Shown here: positions 1 to 12,116 of the stretch, piece by piece
How positions within the stretch are numbered: position 1 is the stretch's first letter
How the letters are laid out: every line of letters starts with the position of its first letter
NCBI RefSeq assembly: GCF_032444005.1
Contig: NC_091291.1
Coordinates: 7,812,001 to 7,876,000 of the forward strand
Length of the DNA: 64,000 bases
Source of the DNA: Ranitomeya imitator
Lineage: Eukaryota
Direction: 5' to 3'
Made by a program: the position numbers and the translations under genes
Notes under the pieces: generated by a model
What the model was told of the DNA's origin: nothing
Seen by the model: only the letters and a program-made list of their open reading frames with translations
Databases searched by the model: none

Positions 1-50
1 GGTGGTCGGGGATCAGCGGCGCCTTCGTCTGACGTCTTCTTTCCCCACAG

Positions 51-1824
51 GACAGGAAGCAGAAGCAGATGCAGGTCCTCACTCAGGGCACCGACATCTG
101 CAGGTCTCAGGTGCGGCAGCAGAGGCTGGAGGTGAGGTCATGTGACTCCGGAGGGGCCGGGGTGCACGGACTTATGAGAATGCAGCAGCCATTCCTCACT
201 GCGCCATCTCTGCTTGCTGTCAGTGATGAGACCCCCGGACTGACCGCAGCGTTTGTCGTCTCACCAGGTGCAGCAGTTCGTGCAGGAGAAGCTTCGCCCG
301 CAGCCGCACGAGATCTTCCAGGAGACGCAGCGGCTGCATGACGCCGTCCAGAAGGACATGAAGCATTTCTCCTCCGTCTTCCTCCCAGCGATGCAGAAAG
401 TGCGCTTAGACCGGTGAGAGACCCCCGGGGGTCCGGCTGCTGCAGTCACCTCCAGAGCTGCAGTCACTGCTCTGCTTCCTCCGCACGGCGGCTGGAGGTC
501 GGGGGTCGTGTTGTCTTTTCTCGCTCAAGCAGGAAAGTAGCAGAAGCTGTGCTTGCAGCTCTGGGTGTAACTGGAGGATGAGGTCAAGTCTGTTCTGTAT
601 GACCCTGACTGCTGCCCCCTGATGCTTCAGGACAAATCTGCAAAATTGTGCATGCAGCTCTGGATGTGACTAGAGTATAAGATCTGATGTGAATTGTCCC
701 TTGTGCAGGACGACCCCGGTGCCGACTCAGGACCTGTCCATAAACCGCGTCTCCAACCCCCACTCTCCGCACTACGCCGCCTACAGCGAGATCTACGCCA
801 GTGTCGGCCTGTCTCTGTATAAGGTGAGTGGTCGGCGCTGACACACTGTGACGCTCTCCAGCTGTGGGGTGTATAGATGCCTGCGCTGACACACTGTGAC
901 GCTCTCCAGCTGTGGGGTGTATAGATGCCTGGGCTGACGCACTGTGACGCTCTCCAGCTGTGGGGTGTATACAGTCCTGCGCTGACACACTGTGACGTCC
1001 TCCAGCTGTGGGGTGTATACAGTCCTGCTCTGACACACTGTGACGCCCTCCAGCTGTGGGGTGTATAGATTCCTGGGCTGACACACTGTGACGCTCTCCG
1101 GCTGTGGGGTGTATAGATGCCTGCGCTGACACACTGTGACGCTCTCCAGCTGTGGGGTGTATAGATTCCTGCGCTGACACACTGTGACGTCTTCATGCTC
1201 CCCGCAGGCCCCGGAGATGCTTGTGCCCCACGTGGCGGAGATGAAGCGCCGGCTCCATTTCCTCCGCTCCCAACATGAAAGCCGCCGTCGCGCTGCCGCC
1301 AGGTTCGAGTGGCACCTCGCCGACAGCCCGACCACCTGCGTCGACAGTGAGTAGATGTTTCCCTCTCACAGCTGAGGGGTCGTTACTTTGGGCAGCGCAC
1401 ACCGCTCCGTTACAATGTGTCGTCTGCCCAGGATATTGTCGCTGGTACACTGTAACAAACCCTCTGCTCGGCCGCCTCTTCCCTCCGCAGCGCTGATGCA
1501 GCAGATCTCCTCTCACTACACGCAGCAGACGGAGCAGCTCGTCCCTCAGCTGCAGCAGCTCGTCCAGCAGTGCGAGAGGAGCCAGGAGTACGGGAAGGCG
1601 GTGCAGGCGGCTGTGAGCGACTGGTGAGTGCGGGGCGGCGCCCCCTGTGGCCGCCATATTGGCCGTGACTTGGTAATGAGTCCTCTCTCCGCTGCAGGTG
1701 GGAGCAGCCGGCGCAGCTGTGCCTCCCCCAGGAGGAGCGCGGCGGGCAGACCCTGCGCCAGTGGCGGGATCGCTGGACGGTGGCGGTGACAGCGCTGCAG
1801 AGGGCGACCGCCAGCCACAGCTGA
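51..1824 (+). CDS. HAUS5: HAUS augmin-like complex subunit 5, 3' part (5' end outside window); coding exons 51-131, 268-413, 709-823, 1208-1346, 1491-1623, 1698-1824
   Basis: All introns are GT..AG with consistent phases (0,2,0,1,2). The spliced product DRKQKQMQVLTQG...VQQFVQEKLRPQPHEIFQE...GLSLYKAPEMLVPHVAEMKRRLHFLRSQ...VSDWWEQPAQLCLPQEERGGQTLRQWRDRWTVAVTALQRATASHS* matches the recalled HAUS5 C-terminus (DWWEQPGQ...LPQWRLRW). HAUS5 lies near ETV2 in mammals. Confidence 0.93.
835..1190. repeat. 48-bp minisatellite, about 7 copies, in a HAUS5 intron
   Basis: Unit CTGACACACTGTGACGCTCTCCAGCTGTGGGGTGTATAGATGCCTGCG; gives the 16-aa periodicity in the ORF track. Confidence 0.95.
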
Positions 1825-2181
1825 GCGGAGTGGGAAGTCTCACTGGTGGCGGAGGCGGCGGACCCCCTGAATGTTTATACCATTGTGGGGGTCCTCCCCT
1901 GTAGACTAGCAACTCCTCACAGCCTGTACTCGCACACTGTAACAAATCCTCAGCTGTGGACGACACGAATAGGAACGTTCCCATTCACTGACAGCAAGCG
2001 GGGCCGAACGTCTGCTGGGACCGGACTCTGCAGCTTTATTTATAGGGGTCCGGCCCTTTAAGTGGCAGTCGTCTCCTCGAGGTCGCGGAGCAGAGAACAC
2101 GAAGCGTCGCCTGTTCCCTGACATTAGTGGCGCACTGCGCTGGAGACGTGCGGCCCCTCACTGTAACCCCCCACTAACCCC

Positions 2182-2187
2182 AATAAA
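2182..2187 (+). terminator. Probable HAUS5 polyadenylation signal
   Basis: First AATAAA about 360 nt after the TGA at 1822-1824. Confidence 0.6.
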
Positions 2188-3496
2188 CAGCATTTTCTCT
2201 ACAACTGTGTCCGATCCCTTCCCAGAAACTGTATGTGGGGGGGCGAGAGGGTGGGGGCGGGGGTCTGTGGATGCTGACGAGACCCCCCTTGGTAACATTA
2301 GTGCAGACACATTGCAAGGTTTCGGCTGCGCTGGGCCTTTATCGAGCCATAAACAAGAGCGCTGCATTCTAAGGCTCGATAAAGGTCCCGCAGCCTCAGC
2401 CCTTGATATATATTGTTATTCCTGTAGTAACAATGTTCCATCTCTTGTAAATGGTGGAATTCTGGGTGCTCATCACTTCTAGGTTCCTTTTCTCATTGCT
2501 GCCTCCAGGTGGCGCTGCTGGTGATGTTCGTTGCTGCCCCCCAGGTGGCGCTGCTGTACTGCTAAGCTTCCTCTGGGGGGGGCACAGTTTGGGTCCGGAG
2601 CATTAATGGAATTCGCAATATTTTCTCAAAATGCATTGAAAATAGAAAGTGTAGAGGGCTAAGATGATTTATAAACTGCTGCACTCCCTAGTGTGACCAG
2701 CGGGGGCAGATGAGAGCAATGCCAGTGTAGTTCCTCTGATGCCCATGGGGTGGCGGACAAGGACAGTGCTGGCGCAGTTGCAATTGTGGCCAGCGGGGGC
2801 AGACAGGAGCAATGCTATATTATTTTTATTTCTAGAGCGCCAACATATGCGGCAGCGCTTTACCTGTTAGAGGGTCTTGTACGTATCTCGGATACAGGAG
2901 CAGTGAGGGTCCCGGGAGACGTGAATGGTGAAATGTGCTTATATTGTACAATACAGCCATAATGTACTGACTGGGGGCTGCACAGACCGGTCAGCGGGCA
3001 GAGAGGGCTAACCAGGGCATGGAGGGGAGGACAGATGATACCGGGGTTCGGATTTTGTATGGGCGAGTCTGCAGAAACGTGTTTTTAGGCTGCGCAATGG
3101 GGGTGATGTCAGGAGTAGAGGTGTATAATTGGGGGGTCATCAGCAGAGAGGTGGGACTGGAAACCGAATCTACAGATGGTTTGTCCAATAGGGGCGGTGT
3201 ATAGAGAGAAGAGAAGGGGGGGCCCAGGACTGAGGACCCCCGACAGTAAGGGGAAAAGGAGTTTGGAGATTAGTGACCGGTCTGTAGTTAGCAGCGCAGT
3301 TCTGGTCCAGGGGTGGTATTGAGTAATGATGGGTGATGGAATGAGGAGGGAGAAATACTGGATGAGAAGCAGAGATTAAATATATTAGGTGAGTGGTGAC
3401 AGCTGTGGATAGGGACTGGAGGAGATGTGGGGGAACAGGGTCCTGGTGCAGTTCCTCTCATGAGCAGCGATGGTGTTATTCTACTTTGTTACCAGC

Positions 3497-4096
3497 AGGG
3501 GCAGACAAGATCAGTGATGGTGCCGTTCCTAATGTGACCAAGGGGAGCAGACGGGAGCAGTGATGGTGCAGTTCCTAATGTGACCAGGGGAGCAGTGATG
3601 GTGCAGTTCCTAATGTGACCAGGGGGAGCAGACGGGAGCAGTGATGGTGCAGTTCCTAATGTGACCAGGGGAGCAGTGATGGTGCAGTTCCTAATGTGAC
3701 CAGGGGGAGAAGACGAGAGCAGTGATGGTGCAGTTCCTAATGTGACCAGGGGGAGCAGACGGGAGCAGTGATGGTGCAGTTCCTAATGTGACCAGGGGGA
3801 GCAGACGGGAGCAGTGATGGTGCAGTTCCTAATGTGACCAGGGGGAGCAGACGGGAGCAGTGATGGTGCAGTTCCTAATGTGACCAGGGGAGCAGTGATG
3901 GTGCAGTTCCTAATGTGACCAGGGGGAGCAGACGAGAGCAGTGATGGTGCAGTTCCTAATGTGACCAGGGGGAGCAGACGAGAGCAGTGATGGTGCAGTT
4001 CCTAATGTGACCAGGGGGAGCAGACGAGAGCAGTGATGGTGCAGTTCCTAATGTGACCAGGGGGAGCAGACGAGAGCAGTGATGGTGCAGTTCCTC
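3497..4096. repeat. 46/35-bp minisatellite between HAUS5 and ETV2
   Basis: Unit GCAGTGATGGTGCAGTTCCTAATGTGACCAGGGGGAGCAGACGGGA with a shorter variant. Confidence 0.95.
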
Positions 4097-4302
4097 TCCT
4101 AACCTGCGAGGGGCAGACTAGCATTGCTGCATTCTTTACAGCACACATAGGTTTTTCTCTCCTTGGGGGGGGGGGGGGGGAGGGGTGGCGCAGGATGATG
4201 ATTATGACTATTTGAGTCTTTTTGGGTCTGTCGCTGACTTTTTACCCCAGGCTGCTGCTCCCAAAAATCAGATATTACTTAAGAAAAGCAAAAAATATAT
4301 AT

Positions 4303-4308
4303 TTTATT
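4303..4308 (-). terminator. Probable ETV2 polyadenylation signal
   Basis: TTTATT on + (AATAAA on -) about 285 nt past the ETV2 stop, within an AU-rich 3' UTR. Confidence 0.55.
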
Positions 4309-4592
4309 ATGTAAATACAAATTATATCAAAATATTTACAACTCGTCTTAAAGGGGAATGTACCTGAACATGATCTATACAAAGCAAAGGATGACTGGAA
4401 ACCATCCTTAAAGGGGCGGCGCCCCAGTAAATTAGTGGGTTAGCATATCGCTCAGTTGTTCATCCTGCCCCGTCCCCCTGTCTCCTCAGTGCTGGGGTGG
4501 TCCTGGCTTTGGAGGATTGAGGGTTTCCCCCTAACCACAGTCCAGGACCTGTGTGGAGTCCTCAGTGCTTGGCGCGGGGCCCTTGTGGCCCC

Positions 4593-7500
4593 TCAGACGT
4601 TCCTCTGGCTCTTGGCTTCCTGCTGTGAGGGTCGGCTCATCAGCTCCTGGAGGTCGCACACAAACTTGTAGACGTAGCGCTGGCCGCCCGTCTTGTGGAT
4701 GATGTTCTTGTGGTAGTAGTAGCGTAAGCCGCGGCTCAGCTTCTCGTAGTTCATTCTGGGCTTGTTCTTCCGTTTCCCCCATCGGCGAGCGACCTGCGAG
4801 ATGGGAAAGTGGCGGAATAGGTCAGACCCCGCCCACGAGGAGCAGCGAGACCCCGCCCATAAGGAGCCGTGAGACCAAGGACGGAGAGGGCGAAACCTAC
4901 CTCGTTGGGGTCCGAAAGCTTAAACTCCCAGCCGTTCCCCGTCCAGCTGATCAGTCGCTGACAGGAGGAGTCTTGGAGTAATTCCAGGAGGAACTGCCAG
5001 AGTTGGATGGGACCAGAACCTGCTGGAAGCAAGAAAAAGCCATTGGATGATGGGATCAGGTCCAGGCAGTATGGCCGGTGGCGGCTCGGATACACGACTG
5101 GTTAGATACACAGCAGGGGTGCACTGGGGCTCACCTGATGTCGGGGGCTTGTCCTTTCCTCCGCTCCCCCTCGGGGTAGAAGTGGGGTAGTATCCATCTT
5201 TATCGGTGGTCCTGTGTCCGGTGCGGCCGGCCGTCTGCTGGAAACAAGCGTCGGTGTAGGAGAAACCTGGGGGACGGCATCGCAGTGATACATTGTAACA
5301 AATGCAGAATTCTATAGAATGGATACAATTGAGCCGTATTGTTTCTGCCGCCCTTGTCTTTACGCTTCCGTGACTTTTATGTTGCACTTTATTCATTGTT
5401 TATTTAATTTGCGCCTCTGTGACTTTCCCTTTATTTGGGTTTTTTTTTTTTTTTTTTAACTTATCCTGTTTTATCCTCATTCATTTGCAACTTTTTGAAA
5501 GTTTGTTCTGCGCTCCCAAAACTGTTTTGCAATTACTAAGACACAATTTTAAAAAAATTCTTAGATTTTTGGCCAAAATGTAATAATCGGTGGGCGCCGT
5601 TGTAAAGTTTGGCACAAAAAAAAAAATGAAACTATGATGACTCGTTGCCAAAGTCTTCTGGTCCGTGTGACGACCAGGCGGGGGGCACCCTCTCCTAGTG
5701 TCGTCAGACCCTCCTTACCTGTGACGGGCGCTGTCCGGTGGGCCGTGCCATGCGTCTGCGGGCTGCTCACGTCCTGGTTGCAGCTCATCCAGGTGGCGTC
5801 GTCCCAGCTGTGCCATTCCTGCGATGCCCAGGCGAAGCTGTGGTCGCCCACTGAGCCGGCTGCCATATTGCTGGGGTAGGGGTCTGACATGGGAAAGGAC
5901 GCCTCCTCCTGGCCGTGGTATATGGAGTCCTCGCTGTCCATCGTAGAGAGACGCTGGAGCTCCTCGGGCATCACAGGGGGTAACGTCTGCAACGACGGCA
6001 GATACTCCTGTGTTGTGGCCTCCAGTCCTAGTAAATAAAAATATATATATATATTTACCAAGGGATGGCTGCTGTAAGAGATGGGCAGCATGGAGGAACT
6101 ACAAGTGCCAGCATGCCTCACAAGACCAAAGGATAAAGTTAAAATATGGGTCCTCATCATCACATTTTCAGACTAAGTAGTAAACGATGGGACTTGTGAT
6201 TCCACTACAGGAGTCTGCATGGCGGTGGATGTTGGGAGTAGTCACCCTCCACCTGATGATTGAGGGGTTGTAGTCCCCAGGTACTGAGACCCCCGCTGCC
6301 GCCTACTGTCCCCAGGTACTGACGTCCCCGCTGCCACCTACCGTCCCCAGGTACCGAGGCCCCCGCCGCCGCCTACCGTCCCCAGGTACTGATGCCCCCG
6401 CCTACAGTCCCCAGGTACAGACGCCCCCGCCGCCGCCTACTGTCCCCAGGTACTGACACCCCCCCCCCCCCCCCCGCCGCCTACCGTCCCCAGGTACTGA
6501 CGCCCCCGCCTACCGTTCCCAGTTACTGATGCCCCCGCCGCCGCCTACTGTCCCCAGGTACTGACGCCCCCCGCCACCACCTACTGTCCCCAGGTACTGA
6601 CGCCCCCGCCTACCGTCCCCAGGTACTGACGCCCCCGCCTACCGTCCCCAGGTACTGACGCCCCCGCCTACCGTCCCCAGGTACTGACGCCCCCGCCTAC
6701 CGTCCCCAGGTACTGACGCCTCCGCCTACCGTCCCCAGGTACTGACGCCGCCGCCTACCGTCCCCAGGTACTGACGCCCCCGCCTACCGTCCCCAGGTAC
6801 TGACGCCCCCGCCTACCGTCCCCAGGTACTGACGCCGCCGCCTACCGTCCCCAGGTACTGACGCCCCCGCCGCCGCCTACCGTCCCCAGGTACTGACGCC
6901 GCCGCCTACCGTCCCCAGGTACTGACGCCGCCGCCTACCGTCCCCAGGTACTGACGCCCCCGCCTACCGTCCCCAGGTACTGACGCCCCCGCCTACCGTC
7001 CCCAGGTACTGACGCCCCCGCCGCCGCCTACCGTCCCCAGGTACTGACGCCCCCGCCGCCGCCTACCGTCCCCAGGTACTGACGCCCCCGCCGCCGCCTA
7101 CCGTCCCCAGGTACTGACGCCCCCGCCGCCGCCTACCGTCCCCAGGTACTGACGCCCCCGCCGCCGCCTACCGTCCCCAGGTACTGACGCCGCCGCCTAC
7201 CGTCCCCAGGTACTGACGCCGCCGCCTACCGTCCCCAGGTACTGACGCCCCCGCCTACCGTCCCCAGGTACTGACGCCCCCGCCTACCGTCCCCAGGTAC
7301 TGACGCCCCCGCCTACCGTCCCCAGGTACTGACGCCCCCGCCTACCGTCCCCAGGTACTGACGCCGCCGCCTACCGTCCCCAGGTACTGACGCCCCCGCC
7401 GCCGCCTACCTTCCCCAGGTACTGACGCCCCCGCCGCCGCCTACCGTCCCCAGGTACTGACGCCCCCGCCTACCGTCCCCAGGTACTGACGCCCCCGCCT

Positions 7501-8312
7501 ACCGTCCCCAGGTACTGACGCCGCCACCTACCGTCCCCAGGTACTGACGCCGCCTACCGTCCCCAGCTACTGACGCCCCCGCCCACCGTCCCCAGGTATT
7601 GATGTCCCCGCTGCCGCCTACCGTCCCCAGGTATTGATGCCCCCGCCGCCTACCGTCCCCAGCTACTGACGCCCCCCGCCTACCGTCCTCAGCTACTGAC
7701 GCCCCCGCCTACCGTCCTCAGCTACTGACGCCCCCGCCTACCGTCCCCAGGTATTGATGCCCCCGCTGCCACCTACCTTGGGTGTAGGGCTCCCAGTAGT
7801 ACAGGGATTGCTCCGTGTAGGCAGCGCAGGAGGGCAGGGGGACGCTGCCGGGGCACACGGCCGGCTCCGGGTACAGGCCCTTGTCTGGGTTCAGCTCAAG
7901 ATCATGGAGAAAAGTTGGATCTTCATATTTGAAATCTGGAAGAAAACAAAAATTGTAGGAAAGGGGTTCGCGCCTCAATCTGTGCCCAAAACCAGTGCCA
8001 GCCCCCCATCGGCCTCATCCGCTGGCACTGACACAATGTAACAATTCAGTCTCTTGTGGCTGCAACATTGTATCAAGTTATTTACAAATATGTGCACAGT
8101 ATATAAAAAACACCCAGTGATGGCATGATGGGATTTGTAGCTCTTCAGGATCTGCTTACTCAGACATGAGCTGTGTCTCATGTTATCTACTTAAGGGGAA
8201 GGATTTAACCCTTTATCACACAGAAAAGCTTCTTACCTATAGAAGAAGAAGTGTCCACATTGGGGACCTCCTGGGGGGTCATCTCAGGGCAGTAGAAGCT
8301 GCTGGACTCCAT
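4593..8312 (-). CDS. ETV2: ETS variant transcription factor 2 (ETV2/ER71/etsrp), complete, 331 aa; coding exons 8312-8237, 7935-7777, 6027-5719, 5266-5135, 5019-4901, 4793-4593
   Basis: Exon lengths 76+159+309+132+119+201=996 nt, open, GT..AG, phases 1,1,1,1,0. N-terminus [17 protein letters not shown] carries the ETV2 PQEVP motif. C-terminal ETS domain [88 protein letters not shown]. No PNT domain; adjacent to HAUS5. Confidence 0.95.
6276..7776. repeat. 29/35-bp GC-rich minisatellite, about 50 copies, filling most of ETV2 intron 3
   Basis: Unit CTACCGTCCCCAGGTACTGACGCCCCCGC(CGCCGC); abuts the exon 3 donor. Confidence 0.95.
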
Positions 8313-8879
8313 CTGAGCAGAGAAGATAAGAGGTTACATCAGATGTGACCTGATGGGGGTTGTCCTGTATGGTGGGGTGATGATGAGGAGGAAAAAGTAA
8401 TAAGATAATGTTGGGGTGTCAGGAGGAAGAAGGTTAGGGCCCAGGCTAAGAGGAAAGAAAATGTGTTACTGGGTTATGATGATAATGGGGCACAAATAAT
8501 TAGGAAAATTGGGTCGGTGCCTTTAAAATGTTACAATGTAGATAACAAGTATCACTAGATTAAAAGAAAAACACATGAGCCGTGCACACAGTGAACCGGC
8601 CTGTAAGGACACCGTTCACACCACGAAAAAAGGCACAAATAAAACAAAAAAATACTCTGTTGCAAAAAAATATAACAAAGGGTGGAAAAACAAAGGGTGT
8701 TTGGTTAATATGTTTTTTTGCAAAAAATGTATATTAAGCCGCTCTACCAAACGTCAAGGTATACCCATATAGAGCAGTCCTAACTAGACTCACTAGAGAA
8801 CAAGGGGCGCCCAGGGGTAAAAGCTGGGGTGCAGAACATAAGGTTAGGGCTACACAATATGGGGAATAAAAACGGGAGG

Positions 8880-9730
8880 TGCTGGTAGATGGGGGGCAGG
8901 CGGGTAAGAGGTGATGGATGGGTAAAAATGGGTGCAGGTGAATAAGGATGGGGTGCGGATAGATGGGGGTATGGGGGTGGGTAGATAAAAATGGGTGCAG
9001 GTAAATAAGGATGGGGTGCGGATAGATGGGGGTATGGGGGTGGGTAGATAAAAATGGGTGCAGGTAAATAAGGATGGGGTGCGGATAGATGGGGGTATGG
9101 GGGTGGGTAGATATAAATGGGTGTTGGTAAATAAGGATGGGGTGCGGATAGATGGGGTTGCGGGTGAGTAGATAAAAATGGGTGCAGGTAAATAAGGATG
9201 GGGAATAGATAGATCGGCATGGGGAGCAGATAGATGGGGATAGGGGGTGGGTAGATAAAAATGGGGGCAGGTAAATAAGGATGGGATGTAGGCAGATAAG
9301 GATGGGGTGCAAGTTAATAAAAATGAGGTGCAGATGAATAAGGATGTGGTACTGGTGGATAAGGATGGGGGGCATTTGGGTAAGGTCGGGGTGCAGATAT
9401 AGGGATTGGATACGGGCAGATACGGATGGGTTTGGACACATGAGGATGAGTTACGGGTAGATGAGGATGGAGTGCAGGTAGGTAAGGATAGGGGGTGGGT
9501 AGATAAAAATGGGGTGCAGGTAAGTAAGGATGGGAATAGATCGGGATGGGGATAGGGGGTGGGTAGATAAAAATGGGGTGCAGGTAAATAAGGATGGGAT
9601 GCAGGCAGATAAGGATGGGGCGCAGATATAGGGATCAGATATGGGCAGATACAGATGGGGGGCAGGTGGGTAAGGATAGGAGGTGGGCAGATATAATTGG
9701 GGTGCAGGTGAATAAGGCTGGGGTGCAGGG
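8880..9730. repeat. Degenerate 63-bp G-rich tandem repeat in ETV2 intron 1
   Basis: AATAAGGATGGGGTGCGG recurs at 8941, 9004 and onward; 21-aa periodicity in the ORF track. Confidence 0.85.
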
Positions 9731-9756
9731 GTCAGGCCTCTGTGGGGGTCACTCAC

Positions 9757-9825
9757 CTCTCGGTGCGGCGGCGGCGGCTGCTGCTCGGGGCTGCTGTACG
9801 TTGATGTCCCGGATGAGTAGAACTT
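9757..9825 (-). other. ETV2: ETV2 non-coding exon 1 (5' end approximate)
   Basis: Donor GAG|GTGAGT at 9756-9751; TATA about 30 nt upstream; no ATG in the exon. The exon 2 acceptor (..ctgctcAG) directly abuts the ATG at 8312. Confidence 0.75.
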
Positions 9826-9850
9826 TTGACTTTCCCTCCCTGCTGCCCCC

Positions 9851-9943
9851 TATATACAGTCAGCTCGCCTCTGATTGGTGGACGGGGAAGTGACGTTTCT
9901 TTCTTCTCCAAACTTTCATGGGGGGAGAATTTCCGTGACGTCA
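9851..9943 (-). promoter_or_regulatory. ETV2 core promoter: TATA (9851-9856), CCAAT (9874-9878), ETS-CRE composite GGAAGTGACGT (9886-9896), TTCCG plus full CRE TGACGTCA (9931-9943)
   Basis: Motifs read directly and are spaced as expected upstream of exon 1. CRE/CREB control of Etv2 is established in mouse. Confidence 0.75.
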
Positions 9944-11814
9944 GAAATCACAACTCCAGACTCCTGTCCCTCTACAGAGGAGGGGGCTGTTATCAGTGGG
10001 GTCCTATAGCAGCCTGACACCAGGGACATGGACAAATAATGTCCAGCACTAATTAATGACAGGAGTAATGCTGAGCTATAAATATCCGGCCCTTCTAAAA
10101 AAAGACGGAAGAATCCAGATGTTTTGTAACAGTTTTCTGGGGTGAAACAAAGTTGCTAATTTTGTCTCATCCATTTTTGTGTAAATATTTACTAATTGTC
10201 ACTTTTTTTTGGTTATTTTCACCCCTGTTGATATTTTTGCAATCTGTCACCAGGTCATTACACATCAGACCTATATAAATCCATGTGGTCTGATTGGGCC
10301 TGATACAACCTGCTCTCCTCCAGTCTGGGTCGGTGGGCATGCTGGGAGTTGTAGTTCTGGTGTTTGATGTTCTTCCTGTGTCAGCAGAGCTGTGACTTTA
10401 TCTATTGTCTCTGGGGACTGATTTCTTTTCCAGTCTTTTATCTCCAGCTCCCGACTTCTGCTGCCGAAGATAAAGGAACAGATATTAATCAGTGTCACTC
10501 GCCAGCAGAGCTTGCAATCTAGACCGGGGGTGAATTGGCTCAAATCTCCATCGTTTTCTTGCCAGTTGGTTAATTTTCATTATATAGTAGGTGGGATTTG
10601 TGGCAAAAATGGAAATGATGGGGTGCTAAAACTTTTGCAACATCCATTAAAATTTGGGGGAAATGGCCTAGGACTCAAAGAATTTTGTGTAACATTGCAC
10701 AAGGATATAAAGAAGCCCCAAAAGACAAGATCTTTGCGCCTACACCTGGAATGACACATTGTATCCGTTATGGCCGCAGCGATTATTTGGTATTACCCAA
10801 AGGTTCTGTTCATACTTAATTTTTCGAAGAGGACCCGATTCTTTAAAACTGCTTTAAAAACTTTTGGAAAAAAAATTCCCATTCATATCAACTTTGCGGT
10901 TCATATGTGGATTTTTTTTTTTAAGGCGTTTATTTTCCCCCTTGAAGAAGACATGAAAAAAAGCCTGATAGGAAAAAAAAATGTGAATAAAGGAAACATA
11001 ATCAAAAAGGCTGCAATGAAAAAAAAGGAAAAAAAAATCTCTTCCAAAACTTTTCTAAAGTTTTTCAGGAAAAGAAAAAAAAAAAAAACTCCTCTAAAAA
11101 CTTCCCCAAAATTTGACTGTTTCCTGAAGTTATTTACACTTGAAAAACTTTTTTTTAAAAAACATTAAAAAGACTTAAAAAAAAAAAATATTGACTAAAT
11201 ACATATCAATATATGATATCAAGAAAATTAACAGAAATTATATCGCTGCGCCCAATTATAAGGATTCATTTTATGGTCCATTGTTATTTTTTTGTTTCCT
11301 AAAAGTAGTAAGGTGTGACTCCATGAGCTGATGCAGTAATAACCAAAAATAGCAGGGTGCCTAAACTTTTGCAACTTCCATCAATGTTGGGTGTCGCATA
11401 GAAATGAATGGAAATCACGTCCTGTGACTACGATGAATGTGACACCCCCTTCTCACAGTGTGGGGACCCCGCAGAGGTGCTGATTATGGCGGTGGGACCC
11501 CCTTACGTTAAGTCTCATCAGAGGAAAAATCAGACTCCGCATTTGGTGCAGATTTTTTCATAGTTTCAGCAGCAGAATCTGCACAAGTTAAATGTGGATT
11601 TTGGTGCAGATTTTGGTGGAGATTTTGGTGCAGATTTCAGCCGTCGTAAAGTCCATCTACTTCTGCACAAAGAATTAAAAAATATTCAATTTGCGTGCGA
11701 TTCCGCACGAAAAAAAATTGCAGAATCTGGATGATTACATCGAAACTGTAAAATATTATGGATTTTAGGTGCGGAAATTCTGCACTAATTAAGCGACATG
11801 TGACCTCTGCCTCA

Positions 11815-12116
11815 GGCTGGATTCACACGTTGCGAGTTTACTGCAGATTTTCTCCACTGATTTGGTTGCAGAAGATTCCGGGTATAATGCAGTAAAGCAA
11901 ATGTGACTTCAAGAAATCTCATCTACTCGATGCACAAGTGCCGAAATCAAAATGCGTTCCGGATTTTCGTATTCTTCTGGTGTCAATTTTTTATTCCACT
12001 GGAGAGGATGAAATCTGCACCAAAATCAGCAGCAAAATCTGAATGTTGCATGCACAAATTTAGCTGCAGAAAAGCTAGAAAAATCTGCACCGAATGCACA
12101 AGGTGTGAACTTATCC
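11815..12116. mobile_element. Palindromic MITE-like element
   Basis: Imperfect terminal inverted repeats GGCTGGATTCACAC / GTGTGAACTTATCC with internal TGCAGATTT / AAATCTGCA symmetry; family not assignable. Confidence 0.45.

Noticed and set aside
10337-10355. ZNF143-type motif GCATGCTGGGAGTTGTAGT upstream of ETV2
   Set aside because: Near-identical strings recur at about 6265, 51850 and 60408, so a repeat origin is as likely as a functional site.
11180-11380. Possible Tc1/mariner end (GGTGCCTAAACTTTTGCA)
   Set aside because: No matching opposite inverted repeat or transposase remnant could be placed.
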